This document shows, piece by piece, positions 1-14,000 of a stretch of DNA of 64,000 bases; within the stretch, counting starts at the first letter, position 1; each line of letters starts with the position of its first letter. Location of the stretch: the NCBI GenBank assembly GCA_965153285.1, contig OZ229119.1; one strand, given 5' to 3'. The DNA comes from Podarcis tiliguerta. Lineage: Eukaryota. The notes under the pieces are model-generated. The model made no database searches, had not been told where the DNA came from, and saw only the letters and a list, made by a program, of their open reading frames with translations. Both the position numbers and the translations under genes were made by a program.

Positions 1-249
1 TACACTGGTCAGACTGATTTTTAACACTTATTTAATTAGTGTTAAAACATGGTACATATGCAGGTGATTTCAAAACCAAGTTTTTAATATTGTTGGCTGT
101 TCAGTTTTTACAGGAATTATCTGTAAAATTACTAGCAATTATCACAACCTACGTTTTTTTAAGTAAACCTTTGATCATGCAACCAGTGCCAAACCCAATT
201 GTTCCTTTTACGTAATAAAACAACTTGTCACCCAGCGAGTACTTTTAAA

Positions 250-2010
250 ATCTGCCTTGCGCAAGTGGAATTAACAAACTGGGCGAGTTGCGAGAAGGTG
301 GCTTCGTGCGTTGCGCAACAAATCCGGCCGAAAGCTTGTCCGCGTGACACCCGGGCCGCTCCTCCGGGGCAAGACGATCAAAGGGGAACACAGCAGCGCA
401 CGGGAGAATAATACTTCATGTTTAAATGGTTTTTATTATTATTATTAACAGAATCACAAGGCCCTCGAGGAGCTGATGCAGTAAACAAAGGCTCTTTCGC
501 TCCTCACAATGGGCGCCTCACCATTCTCCGCCTACAGACCCCGCTTCCCCAATCCCGGTCCCGTCCAGGGTCGACCCCGGTAGAAACAACTTATCGGGAA
601 AGTAACGAAATATCTCTGCCCGCGTCTGCCTCCGTTACTGAACAAGCCCCGCCCCTCGACAATCGAAGCTCCCCGTCGCGGGAGAAGCGTTCGGGCCGCG
701 CTCTCCGCCGCTCCCGCCTGACTCGAATTTAAACTGCGCGACAGGGAGCTCGCGCAAAGTACCGACTCTGAGGGGAACCCGCGCGCAGCTCCTCTCCGCC
801 GCGCAGCCAATCACAGCGCAGCTCTGCGATTGCGCCGACCAATGCCGGCGCGCTTTATTGGCGGGCGGGCGAAGGAGGGGGGCCGTTCGCGCTGTGCGGG
901 AGTTGGGTGCGTTAAGCAAGGCTGTTCGTCCCTCTCTCTCCATCCCGCCCCTCCTCTTCCTCCTCTCCTTCCTCCCTCCCGCCACCCTCCTCCTCCTCCT
1001 CCTCCTTCCCCTCTTTGTTGGCGGTTCCTTCTCTCTCGCTGTCTCCTGGGAGGGCGGCGACAAGAGCCCGAGCCTGGCGATGCCCGAGTTCCTGGCGGAC
1101 CCGTCGGTGCTCACCAAGGAGAAGCTGAAGAGCGAGCTGATCGCCAACAATGTGAGCCTGCCGGGCGGCGAGCAGCGCAAGGACGTGTATGTGCAGCTCT
1201 ACCTCCAGCACCTCACCTCGAGGAACGCGCCGGGAGCCCAGGCGCAGCCCGACTTCTCCAGCGAAGAGGAGCAGGAGCCCAGCCCGGTCGTCGCCAGGAA
1301 CAGAATCGGCGGAGATGGCGCCGCCGCCGCGACCGTCGCCGTGGGCCGGGTAAGCCGCGCCGCCCTCCTCCTCCTCCTCCTCCCCGTGGCCGTTATCTGG
1401 CGCCAGAGCAGATTACGAGCCTGGAAAGCGGCCTTCGAGCGCTGAGGGGGCGGCGGAGTTTTCCCGCTTTCTCTCGCAGGGGGCGGCGCCATGTTTCCTC
1501 ACGGGCGGGCGGGGCGCGCGAGAGAGAGATGATGGCTGCGCGTGGATAGAAACTGCTTTGGCGCAAGCAGGCTGGCAGGCAGGAAGTCTGCGGGGGGAAG
1601 GGGGCGCTTGGTAAGCTGAAAGGTGCTGCTCCATGCTCTCGTGGCAAAACGCGACCGGAATGGCCAAAGATGGGCCCTCTGACCTGGGCCGCCCTCTGAT
1701 TCCCCCCGCCCAAAAAGCTGTCACCTGTCGCCCTCCTCTGGCGCTGCAGACCGCTCTTTCTATAAGGAGGGTTGCGAAGAGCTCTCCTAAAAGGAGTTTG
1801 AACTTAGCGGGCGCCCTGCCAGGCGCAAGAAGGGTTTCACTTCTGCATAACTTGTCGCTGGCAAGGCACGTGGTGGGCCTTGGCTCCGCGCCCTGTACTA
1901 CACCAGGCCCCTTCTTCTCCACGTGAAAAATCCGAGCTAGGCCCCTGGCGACCCACGTTGTCACCCTTAGCAGCACTTTCGCGACAAGAGTATGTTTCCT
2001 TGAGCGCGCG
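250..2010. promoter_or_regulatory. TMPO: CpG island / TMPO promoter and exon 1
   Basis: GC- and CpG-rich block around exon 1. CCAAT at 807 and 839, ATTGG at 857, E2F-like TTGGCGGG at 858-865, GC boxes. Confidence 0.85.
1080..1349 (+). CDS. TMPO: TMPO coding exon 1 (LEM-like domain)
   Basis: [25 protein letters not shown]...AVGR; donor GTAAGC at 1350. Confidence 0.96.
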
Positions 2011-5000
2011 AACCTACTTCCATGTTGCACTGGGCATGAATATGAGGTTCGGGACAGTAAAAGTGGTTGCCTTTGTAAAACCCCTTTTAAGCTTGTTTAT
2101 TTAAAGCTGTTCTGCACTTTTATGGCTGAACTTCTTTTGACTATTTTTTGCTCCTTCTGCCTAACCGATCAGAGGCATTCTTGCTTCCAAGTATTCTTCC
2201 CCTGCCTCTTTAAAAACAGTCTTCTGAAAGGCAGTTTAATGAACGTAGCCATAAAATAACGTGTTGCAAGATTCTGCATCTTGTCATGACTTGAAAGTTT
2301 TCAAGCAGGGATTCAGTTTCAAATAACAGGTGTTCGGTGTCAAAGAGTAGTGACTTTTGGAGTACTGAACAGCTAAGTTGAAGGAGCTGTGCAGATATGG
2401 AAATATTAGGTGACCAAACTTTTGTTGAAGCGCCTCAGAGAGTTGACCTGATATTTAAAGGGCACATAAATGTTGACCCTGCTCCCTTTATGTAGTGAAG
2501 GTTGAGCTCTCCTCTGAAACCTACAAGAAAGAGCAGAGGAAAGTGTAGCTAGAAATTTCTGCCTAATGTAGAAAATGAAATTATGGATTTTAGCAACTTC
2601 CATCTGTGTTTTTTGTTTAAAATCCCCCAGTCTTAATTATCCTTTGGAACAATGTCTCATGGATTTTGCTTTTAGGGCAATCCTGTGTAGCAATTTCAGC
2701 AATGAAAATATTGGTAAACTCAATTTAAAGTTGCAAGTGCACCTCCAGAAAAGGAATACTAACCAGAAAGTTTGGGACAACCACTCCAAAATGCTTGATG
2801 TGGTGTTTGTGTCTGCGGATCATTTGTTTCTGAGACACTGAACCATTTATCTGTAAGTGTCCTTTGTTTCTGTGGATGGCTACAGTATATAACACACATT
2901 CATATATATTTTTTGCAATACTAGAAACAAAGTTACTCTTGTATCTTCAGAGGAAAAAGTTCCAAATCTAAATATATTTTATTTACTTAGGTAACCTGCT
3001 TTTCATTCAAATCAATCCAAGAGCAGGCACATAGAAATATGTGCTTAATAATAAAACAATCTGAAAAATCAAATCACAATGACAATAAATCATATTTACA
3101 TACTCACCTGGGTTTATTAATATACAGCCATATCTCAGAAGGTAAATGCCTTGTGATTTGAACGTTTTGGCTCCTGAACACTGCAAACCCAGAAGTGGTG
3201 GTTTGCAAACGTTTTTGGAACGCGAACGTCTGACGTTGGAAGCCATGCCTTGGTTTCTGAATGCTTTGGAAGTCGAACGGACTTTCGGAACAGATTCCGT
3301 TCGACTTCCAAGGTAAGACTATATAAATGTATAGGATTACACTACACAGAAATTTGCTTTACACTTGCTAATCTGATGGAGTGACTTTCACAATAGGCCT
3401 ATTGGCGACTTATTTAAAATCATGAATAATCTATCCAGCTAATGCTTAGAGAAAATATGCAGTTCATTTCTTTTAAAGGCATCTGGGTTCTCCACAGTAT
3501 AAAATAAGCAACAAATAATACTTTTTATTTGAAAGTCTGCTTTGCATGAGACCTTAGGTCAGTCAGGTAATTAAGAAGAAAGTATTAAATGTGAATCAGC
3601 AAGACCTTGTATTTAAAAGGGTAACTGACTTTGCCTTGGCTGGCTAAGTTTCCATGGTAAACCAGTTGGATTTTTCCACCATTCACTTATCCAAGGCTGT
3701 TAAATGTACAATTCATTAAATAGATTTTTAAAAGAGTAATGAGGGCTTTCTCAAAATTTTAATTGGAAAAAATGTAAATCAAAATGTGTTTGAATATTGG
3801 ATAAATTTTCCAATAGCCCAAAGTAATGAAACTCAGTAATTGATTGAAGGTGGGGAAGGGAATTAATAAAATTTACTTAGTAAAAAGTGTTACTTTGACA
3901 TTGTGTTACTGGAATATTTTATTTGGAATATTTCAAAACATCACAACTTGGTAGCATATATTTCCCTCATATTATTTGGATTTTAAGAAAAATGTAGATG
4001 TACAGTACTCAAAATTAATGTATAATTATGAAAGTTTAGTTAATAAAATAAGTTAGTCTTCAATGTGCCATGAGACTTGTTTTGTTACAATGTGATGCAC
4101 CTTCCTTGGGTTAATAAATGCTAAATTGATTTGAGTTGAGGTATAGAAGGTAGGTGCAATTAACTATGTGCACCATGAAATGTGAACAGTACAAAATCAA
4201 TATTAAACTAGGGTTTTGTTTTTCCAGTCATGGGGGGAAATTTGTGATGCAGTGATGAATTGAGGAGCATTAACAATTGAGAACTCTGCTTCCCATTCCA
4301 CCAGCACAACGGAGACTTGTTCATGGAACTAGGTGCATAGATTCCTTATCCTCTGCAGACTAACCCAATAGTGCAATTGCCCTGTTGTAGGAGTTGCCAG
4401 TGTGGTGCCCTTCAGGTGCTGTTGGATTACAATTTTCTTTATCGCTGATCATTTACCAGTGCTGGCTAGGGCTGATGGGAAGTGTAGACCAGTAACACCC
4501 AGAGAATACTATTTTGACAACCCTTTCCCTGTTAGTGAGCTTCAGCACTAGCTGAGGAGGAAAGCTTCTAATCTTGAGTGGCACTGTGTGAGAAGCAGCT
4601 ATTATCTGTTCTCTGTGCTGTATGGGAGAGTTAAAGGAGGGTTGGAGTGAAAGAATACACATGTTTACACTTCTCTAGGATGACATAAGTTGTTGAAGCC
4701 TGTGTCATTCATGGTTGATAGAGGTCTGGAGAGTGAGTTAATTAGGATAAGTGAACACTTTTCCTCCATGCCACCCTTGTTAAATAGTCTGTAGCAGTTC
4801 ATATCATTCTAGACTATGCGGAAGGAATTAGGGGATGCATACCCCTTAATGTAGTCATTCTCCGACTCTTAATTCTAACTCCTCCAGGATATGAAATAGT
4901 GTTCTGGAAGAGAACTTAGGGTATAAGCTATTTTGGGGTTGATCTTGTTCACTTCACTCCTTTTTCCTGACTCAACTGCCTTCAACAGTGGACAGAAGTG

Positions 5001-8000
5001 ACTACACTCAGTCCTCTTAGGGCTTTTAAAGATGACTTTAAAAAATATATTTAACAATTTTTTTGTCTGCGTACTTGAAGTTTCTCTTGAATACAGTATA
5101 TAGAATATATACTTTGCCTAAAGCAATTTTGATGTTAATATGTTATAGCTAACATATAGCTATCATTACTATACTATATGTAATAGAGCTGAGGAGAAAT
5201 AATGTGCAAATGGAGTATATCTGTAACAGTATTCTACTTAATTTCAACTCCTTTAGCAGGATAGTGAAACAAAAATGACTGATTGATGAGAACCTTTGCT
5301 GGCATTTGTGGGTAGCCAACCTGGCTGCAAGTACATTTTTATGTTAGCCAGTTGGTTGTTGACTTGAAGTCATGCTGAAGCAACTTAAAGGCCAACCTAC
5401 CTTTCAAATAGATATTTATGTACTCCACATGCATATTGGTTTCCAGTTTGTTTTCAGACACAATCTCAATTTTGCATGATAAATTGTCATCTTGCTGGCA
5501 ACTCATCTTCTGTTATTTCTCTGGAGGTCTTGTAATCACCCGCCTTTAAACTGTTTTGTGTTTTTCTCCACTGGGTTATCTGTTCAGTGCTTCTCTATAT
5601 GCAGCTTTTCCCATTTGGTACTGCAAGAGATGTTCTACTGAGGAAAGTTAAAGTATGTTCTGCTGACTTTGATGCCTCCTACTGGCTATGTATACAACTG
5701 CTAGAAATTCTATCCTCTGCTTGAAATTATTTCAAAGAATCGTGGAATTGTAAAGTTGCAAGGGATGATGAAGGTCATCTAGTCCAGGCTCCTGCAATAC
5801 AGCTAAATATTTAGTTGTGGCTCCAGATATTGTTTGACTCTGAATTCCCTCCCTAGCCAGATAAGCAGTGATCAGGGCGGGTAGGCGTTGTAGTTGAACA
5901 ACATCTGGAGGATCACTGGTTCCCCATCCCTGTGATAAAGCAATGATTATTTTCTTTTCAGAAATTGTCATAAAAAGCAGAAGGGTCTTGTATCCCAAAT
6001 ACTGAGTTAGGAGTTTAAAGTACTTCAGTACCATCTTATCTTGATTGGTTCTTATGCTTTTTGCTTAACTTAATGTGTGCCAAGGCTGTAGCTTAATTTC
6101 ATTTTACAAAAGAGGCCCAATTTTGTCCTCCTGTCCTTCAGGTCTGCTAAATCTCTAGCACAAATTTGTTTGAGATGCAATCATAGATTACAGGGATAAA
6201 TGTTAAAGTTTAAATGGTTGAACAATTTTGTGTGTATAAAATGCTTGTGCCAAAATGTGTGCCATCAGAGTAGCACTTGGGACATAGCTGATTCTATTTC
6301 AGTAGAAAGACTTGACTTTTGGCTGGCCTTTCTGGCTGTGATTTTTATTATTGGAGAACACTTCTGTTTCTAAATTCTTACACATAGTGTGTAAAGTCTG
6401 TTATAGGAATGATTGGAAGAATTTCCTGGAAAGCAAAGTTTTATACTTGTCCATGTTGCTACTTTATTTTCCCTGTTATAAGATTGTGAAATGTGTTCAT
6501 CTCAATGGGCCAAATATATTATCAGATTTCTGTAATATTTACTAACAATACTTGTTCTCTGTTTGTGGGTTGCCATTGATCCACAAGGAGGCTATGCTAA
6601 TTACTTGAGGCTGTTCCAGAACATAGGAATGCATTTGCAGAAATGTGCTTCAATTTTCTTCCCTTGGCTATTTTGTAATGAAGATTTTATGGCATTCCAT
6701 ATGCGAATCGTTAAATAGACTGTGATAGTGAAAAGTTAGAAACTGGGGTTTTTATCCAATACTGTGCAACAGGACTTCTGTTTTTTCTCCTGCTCTGCAT
6801 ACTCTAAAAATCTGCTGTAGAGCTAGCCAGCCTTCCAGAGCTATGTACTGGTATTGTGTTGTTTTTATAGAGACAAAAGAACCAAACATATCCAAAGTTA
6901 TGTTGTTCCCTGGAAGGTCTTTAGGGTAGCATGATTGGGAAAGACAATACAGTGGTACCTCAGGTTACATACGCTTCAGGTTACAGACTCTGCTAACCCA
7001 GAAATAGTACCTTGGGTTAAGAATTTTGCTTCAGGATGAGAACAGAAATCGTGCTCCGGCAGCAGCAGGAGGCCCCATTAGCTAAAGTGGTGCTTCAGGT
7101 TAAGAACAGTTTCAGATTAAGAACGGACCTCCAGAATGAATTAAGTACTTAACCCGAGGAACCACTGTAAATAGGGTTTTGATTTGTTGCACACAGTTCA
7201 TGCTTTAGTGACAGTGCAGAAATGTTGAAGTAACATAGGCCAAAAGGAAGTGATTTTAAAAAAGCAAAACTCCATCATGGCCTGGGAATTGTTAGCTGGT
7301 GGTGCAAACTGTTCTTAGTAATGGAAAGGGCATGAAGAAGGTGGTAGCATTAAGAGGATTAACTATATAGGGAAGTTGCTTTATTTTCCATTCAACTCCA
7401 AAATATCAGTACGCAGGAACACTTAAGATGGAATCTGGATTGCTCTGGTGGTATTGCTCCTCATGCTTATATTATTGTGTATTTACACACTTAATAACCT
7501 AGTTCTTCAATGCAGTTAACACTTTGGCTATCTCTTCCCAGAAGGCAACAAAGAAGACTGACAAACCGAGGCCAGAAGAGCAGGATGATATAGATGTAAC
7601 AGATCTCAGTAATGAAGAACTCAAAGATCAGCTTCTGAGATATGGTGTGAATCCAGGTCCTATTGTGGGTAAGCTAATACTCCGTAGTATCTCATTAATA
7701 GTGTTTTTTAAATCAAAATAATAATCACGTGCTTGGTGGTGTTCACTTCATCAACATTAGTAATTGCCCAGCCCCTCCAGGCTGGCAGAAATAGCATTTC
7801 CTTTGGTCAGTGCTACAATGTCTGCCATTAACTTGGATGCTTGCAAGGTGCACAAGTCCATAATAATTGTCCATACACTCAGTAAACAAGAATTTAGCAC
7901 CTCAAATCATTTTGCGTAATGCTGATTAGCAGGATACAAGCAGAAGCTGTTCTTGAGTCATATAAACCTGTGGCCCTTCAAACATTGATCGTTTCCAACT

Positions 8001-11000
8001 CCCATCAGCCTCAGCCAATATTGCAAGTGATCATGGGTGATGGGAATTCTGGTTCAGCAATATCTAGGCCACCCATCCCTGGTATAAATAAAGACTCTCC
8101 ACATGGGAAATGAGAAGGTTTGCATAAAGGTGGTGCAACCATGAAATTACGGTTGCAGATAGCCATTTAGAATTTGAAAAACTACTACTAGTACTTCGTT
8201 GGATGTACCTAAGCTGTTATCTCATTGACTGTTTGGAAACATGACAGATTTAAGATGTGTTTATGGGCTTTGTTTTGTAAGATGTGCTTATGGGCCTTGC
8301 CCCTCTTCCAGATTTGAACCTTTGTTGATGTTACACTTTGTATATATGAACAAATAATACTTCTATAATCTGGCTTAATTTTGTGCCAAGGCCACAGTTT
8401 TCTGCTGAACTTGCCCCTGCCCAAGAAAAAACCCTCTGCTGCTATTTACCTCAATGTGTTGCTTGCAGAAAAGAACATATTCAGGGGCAAATAGCACTGT
8501 AGGTAGGGGTGGGGATTGCTGATGGGAAATAGGCACAGGACTTTAATGCAGGGTGATTTGGGGCCCTGGATCGCCGCTTTTCTGTCACAATAAAAGTGGC
8601 CAGCTTCAGCACACTTCAGTAAGTGTATTTGTTGTAATGCATTGTTTGCCCCTGAGAGGCCCACCAACGTGTTTGCATGCCCCTTGTTCCCTCACCCCTT
8701 CCTGGATCTTGCATTCTTAACTCCATAAAAGTGTTTCTTTCACATCCTCAAACGAATCCATCAAGCTTCCTCATCTGTCATTTCATAATCACATAATTCA
8801 AGAAACAGTCTCGAACCTAAAAACGTTCAGCCATAAAATGTGGCCTTGTTTACTTGTTTACTTTATGTTAACTGAGGGTTTTCCATTTTGTTTTGTGATT
8901 GTTTTGGCTATCCTCAAAGGTTCCTACATTTTGCTACCTTGATTCATATAAAGGTTCCCCAGGTTTATTAGTTCATTTTACGTTGGCACCCTTTAAAAAA
9001 AAAAAAAGAAGCTCTTACTTGACAGATACTAGCCTGATCTTTCCTTTACTGCTGTGGGATTTCTTAACTGAAAACTGTTGAAATACATAAGCTTCAAAAT
9101 GCTGCCTAAAAGCTTGCAGTGCACTGTCTGTTAATCTTGGTGATTCACTGAACACAGTAGGGAAAATGGAGTTTCTTATCAACTCACATATAGGAACTAG
9201 AACTTTTTGTCTATTCTGAGATATCTAATTTCCTGTTCTTCTCTAGCTACTACAAGGAAGCTGTATGAGAAGAAATTACTGAAGCTGAAAGAGCAGGGCC
9301 AAGAGCCAAGTTCTTTCATACCTGCACCAATTGTTTCTTCATCTGCAGAGAACAACAAACAAAATGGAAATAATGACTCGGATCAATACAGTGACAACGA
9401 AGAAGGTAGAAATAAATCCAAAGAAATATGAATAGCTGACAAGGAAGATGTTAAAATAATAGTTTATGGTAGATTAGAAGTAGTTCCTGGGTTTGATTGC
9501 TTTCTATTGGTCACCATTTTCCTTACCACATGTAGAAGGTAATGCCCCATTTGAGACCTCATACTCAATTTAATACAGGAACTCTCAAGTTGGATAGTGC
9601 ATTCTATAAGTAGACTTGAATAAGGGAGTGGAAGAAACTATGCCTGTGACTCAACCCTGGTCATGTAAGGTTGGGAGCAGGAAGAAGAATGATGTGAGAA
9701 TATCACCTATTCAGAATACTTTGTATGAGAAATTGGGCACAGCGCTTTTATCTATGTGATAATGATATATGTGCACTAGTTCTAGGTAACTTCAGGCTCT
9801 CCTTCTGTAGTCTCACTATTTAAATGATGCCCATGTTCTTAATAACCCTATTTACCCATATTTACTGAGAAGTATGTCTCACTGTGTTGACTGAGGCTTA
9901 CTCCGTAGAAATGTATTTAGGGATTCTATCCAATAATAAACTAAATCTTTAAATGTGTTAACAATTCTTTTTACAGAAAATATTAATTTCAGTTTTTTTA
10001 AATGAGACAAATAGTTAAGACTAAGTTCATATGAAGACTTTTTCCCGGTTAGGTCCTTAATTTAGCATATGAGAAAATTTAGACTGAATAACCCTAACTT
10101 TTAAATTTTAGGGCCAAGCCCATTTCAGCATTAAGCATCATTTGTTGCCATAGGGGCAATATCTATAGTCAGTGTGTGCTTTGAATAAACATATATACCA
10201 GGGGTCAGCAAACTTTTTCAGCAGGGGGCCGGTCCCCTGTCCCTCAGACCTTGTGGGGGGCCAGACTATATTTTGAAAAAATAATGAATGAATTTCTATG
10301 CCCCACAAATATTCCAGAGATACATTTTAAATAAAAGGACACATTCTACTCATGTAAAAACATGTTAATTCCCGGACTGTCCGTGAGCCCGATTTAGAAG
10401 GTGATTGGGCCGGATCCGGCCCCCAGGCCTTATTTTGCCTACCCATGATATAAACTGAAGATGTAGTTGCAATATTTCTTAAATTATAATAGTCTTAATA
10501 GTCTCACATTGTCAACTACTGAAACAGTAATATTATGGAGGACTCTGCCAATCACTGAATGGGTTGTTTCTATGAATTTGTATCTGTACCATCAGTCTTC
10601 TCAAAATCAACTTTAGCTCCTCCATTAAAACTGTCACCAACTGCCAGAGAGATAGTACTAGGTTTCAGATGAAGAAAAGACATAAATTGCTTTACTGTGA
10701 TCACATACTTGTTGATTGATGTCCTTTCTAACTTGTGTTCACATCGGATTAAATAAAATTTATACTTTATTTGAACTAATAACTCATCAGTTAGTGTCAG
10801 GTCTTACCCATTCAGAAGAAATCAGAGCATGCTGTTTGGAGAAGTCTTATTTCCAGCAGCTGCATTGGCGTCGATATTTCTGTTTTACTTTTATTTCAAT
10901 ACCGCTTCCTGCACAACTTCTTTACACCGTGTTTGAAGCATACTATAAAAACCATAACAATATTAAGCAAATAGTGTAACATATTAGATAACAGAAGATA

Positions 11001-14000
11001 AAACTATAGAAGCTGTACTGGTCCCTAAAACCAGTTTTAAAATGTAAAATATTATATCTTAGTACAGTAGTGGTTTTTTTCTTTTCTTTTTTTAAAGAAG
11101 TTAAATTTATTGCTTGGAATTTCAAGTCTTGCTTGAAATACTTTTGAGAATGTTTGCAAATATTTCAAATTCCAAGGAGGAAGCCCTTGGAATGGGGAAC
11201 AAGGGGGCTGTGTTAGAGGAGCTCAGATTGCTGGTATTGGCCCTTCTGGATATTCTTAAGTTCAGGGGGTTGTTGTTTGAAAAATATAAAGTGAAACAGC
11301 TGGTGAAATTGTCACAAGCTGTGATCACATGTTAACCTTTAGCATAATTTGTAGTGTTTGGAAATTTTTTCTGTAAATTGCCATTTTTACCTGCAAAAAA
11401 TAATAGATAGCATTTATTCACAGATCCGAAAACAGAATTCAGACTTGAGAAGCGAGAACCACTGAAGGGCAAGACAAAGACTTCAGTTACAGTTAGACAA
11501 AGAAAAATTGCTGAACATAATCAGGTACCATTATAGCAGTTTTTTACCAGTTTTATACCATTCTCATATAAAAATGAGGGTGTCCTTAGAAATTTGACTT
11601 ACATCTTGTATACACTGATTAACAGTTGCTTATTTTTAAGGGGCTATAGGCAATTCAGTACTGTATAGCAGTGGAAACTGTCATTTTTCCTGACTGCAGC
11701 AAAATGATAAAGCCTTATATTATGCTAAATAGAATTAAGTTTCTTGTCTATTTCCTTAATACATTAAAAATGGCACATTTTTGAAAGATGGGAATTGGAA
11801 AATAATTGGAAGTGTGGCGGTCTATAATCTTTAAGGAAAACATTTTGTTGGGAAGAGGGGGTGTTTGGGAGCTCCCAAAATATTATCTAAATTTGCTCTC
11901 CCAGCCTTTTCTTTTCATCCTGAATTGCTGTTTTTGGCAACAAGCTTCATGACTATTTTTGTTTTGAAAATTGTTCTTTTTCCTAATAGTAACATCATAC
12001 AGCCATAGAGGGTAAACAAAGCATCTTCAGAAGAGGGGCAAATTAGCTTCATTTGCCCTAAGTGCTATTGCTGTGGAGCAAGAAATGATTGCATGACAGC
12101 ATCACTGTTACTAGTAAGAGGGGCTGTTTTATATGAAAAAGGGGTGCTAAAGGAGCAGCCAACCAGGCCACAAATCAGCCCCTAAAGGATAATAGGTGAT
12201 GAGATGGATCAGAGCTTTCTGAACATAATGGAATGGTTACACATTCTGTCAGTCCTGGCAGTGGGGAGGGATCGCTGAAACAGCTTATCCCTCACCATCA
12301 AAAAGGAGTGGTGGTTCAGCATTGGTTCAGCATTGCCAATTTGTATTGAGTGTCTTGTGAGACGCATATATAGTCAGCTAACTAGCTAACATTGGTCAGT
12401 GATGCTTCTTTCATAAGTTGGCAATGTATATTCCTAGCAGGAGCCAGTTCTTTCACCAGATTTCTTAAGAGAAAGACCTGCAGATGACTGGATTTGAATG
12501 TTTCTGATCTAGCATGTAGGAATACTTTTGGGCAAGTTCCCAGGATTCTATGGTGTGTGGCATAGAAAGCGGTGCTGAAGGCGCATAATTGCTACTTTTT
12601 GGATTTTGACAAATCCTTTCAGAAACTGTTTTTATTACGGGTCATCTAGGTATTTGAAAAAATGTGGCAAGCTTATCTGAGTAAGCCCCATTAAACTTGA
12701 TGGGGACTTATTTCTGAGCTGATACTTACCTAGAGTTGTACTGTCTATTGTGAATTGTATGTCTCCATCATTGGTTGTGAGCTTTATTTCCAGGTAGGTG
12801 TGGATAGGTAGGCAGCCTTAATCAAAAGATACTATGGCCATATGATCACACACTGAACCTGCGGTCACAGATGACAGGAGCTGGAGTTTCATGACACATA
12901 GAGTTCACCCCATGTTGGCTATCTCTAATAATTATTTCTGTTTTCTGTGATATTTTAAAGAGTAACGTAGGATAGAACCCATGTGTGGCACCTAAATGTT
13001 TCTCTATAACTTGATGCAAATACTAGGGCACTTGGTAGTGGTCATCTGGTGAAAATATTAAGCACCCATATGCTTGCTAACATGTCTGATGCTTAAATAG
13101 AACTATTCTCAGGATGGAGTTACTGAGACATTCTGGAGAAGTGGATCTTCAAAAAGTGGACTTCTGCAGGCAGTTTCTAGGGAGTCTGCAAGAGTATCAA
13201 GAAGAACACCAAGAAAAAGGGTGATGCAAGGCTAATTTGAAATCTAGACTTTTATTTTCCTCCCCAGGGCCCTAGTGACAATTGTACACTTATTTTATGT
13301 TTTTGTTTTTTAAACAAACAGGTTGAAACTACAGTACCGCTACCTGTACATGATGCAGTAATATCAAAGAGTACTCCTATAGCTGATACTGTAGTGGCTT
13401 CAAGCAACGAGACCCTAGTAAATATATTGAATTTGCAAGAGGTGGTATTCTATAATTTTCCTCCTCCTGGAAAAACCCTTTCTGCTTGGAAAAAGGGGGA
13501 ATGGGGGCTCCTTTAAAAAAGACATTCTTTAAAAAAGAAATGTGCTGTTGCGCTTAAGTCTGATGCAAAGTAAAGAGTAAAATCAGAAGGAGCAATATTG
13601 AACTACATTTTTCTGGCTGGTATCCAACTACATCTGTCTTTCAGCAGAATGAACACTGTTTATGGAATGGATTCCCTCTCCCCTGCATGTCTTCATGTGG
13701 CCCCAGATCTGCTCCAGAGGGTTGGGGAACCCTCCAGAGCAGATTTGGAGAGGCACAAGGGGCAGAAGGGTGGAGTGCAGGAAAGGGGTACCCATTGTGC
13801 AAATCTGTTCACATGCTGTTGGATATAATCCTCTGAAAGCTGCTCTTCCTTTTGCTTAAGTACATGGGGGTGATGCCTGTAGATAATAGATTAGCTGTTT
13901 TTCTTACAATTTATCTATCTGGAATGCACTAATTTTCTTTTTAAACACTGCAATCAATTTCTGAGGGCTGGCTTCTCATATGTAAGGCTACCTGGTTGGT

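Noticed and set aside
199-2104. Many long overlapping ORFs around TMPO exon 1, including 830-1549 and the 858 in-frame extension
   Set aside because: These are stop-poor GC-rich CpG-island frames with low-complexity translations. The ATG at 842 sits inside a CCAAT box and is probably upstream of the TSS.
10590-10945. Minus-strand exon-like segments with good splice sites (TTTTATAG...TGG|GTAAGA) in TMPO intron 3
   Set aside because: The larger segment has stops in all three frames, with no recognisable product or promoter. Such sites arise by chance; antisense RNA evidence would be needed.
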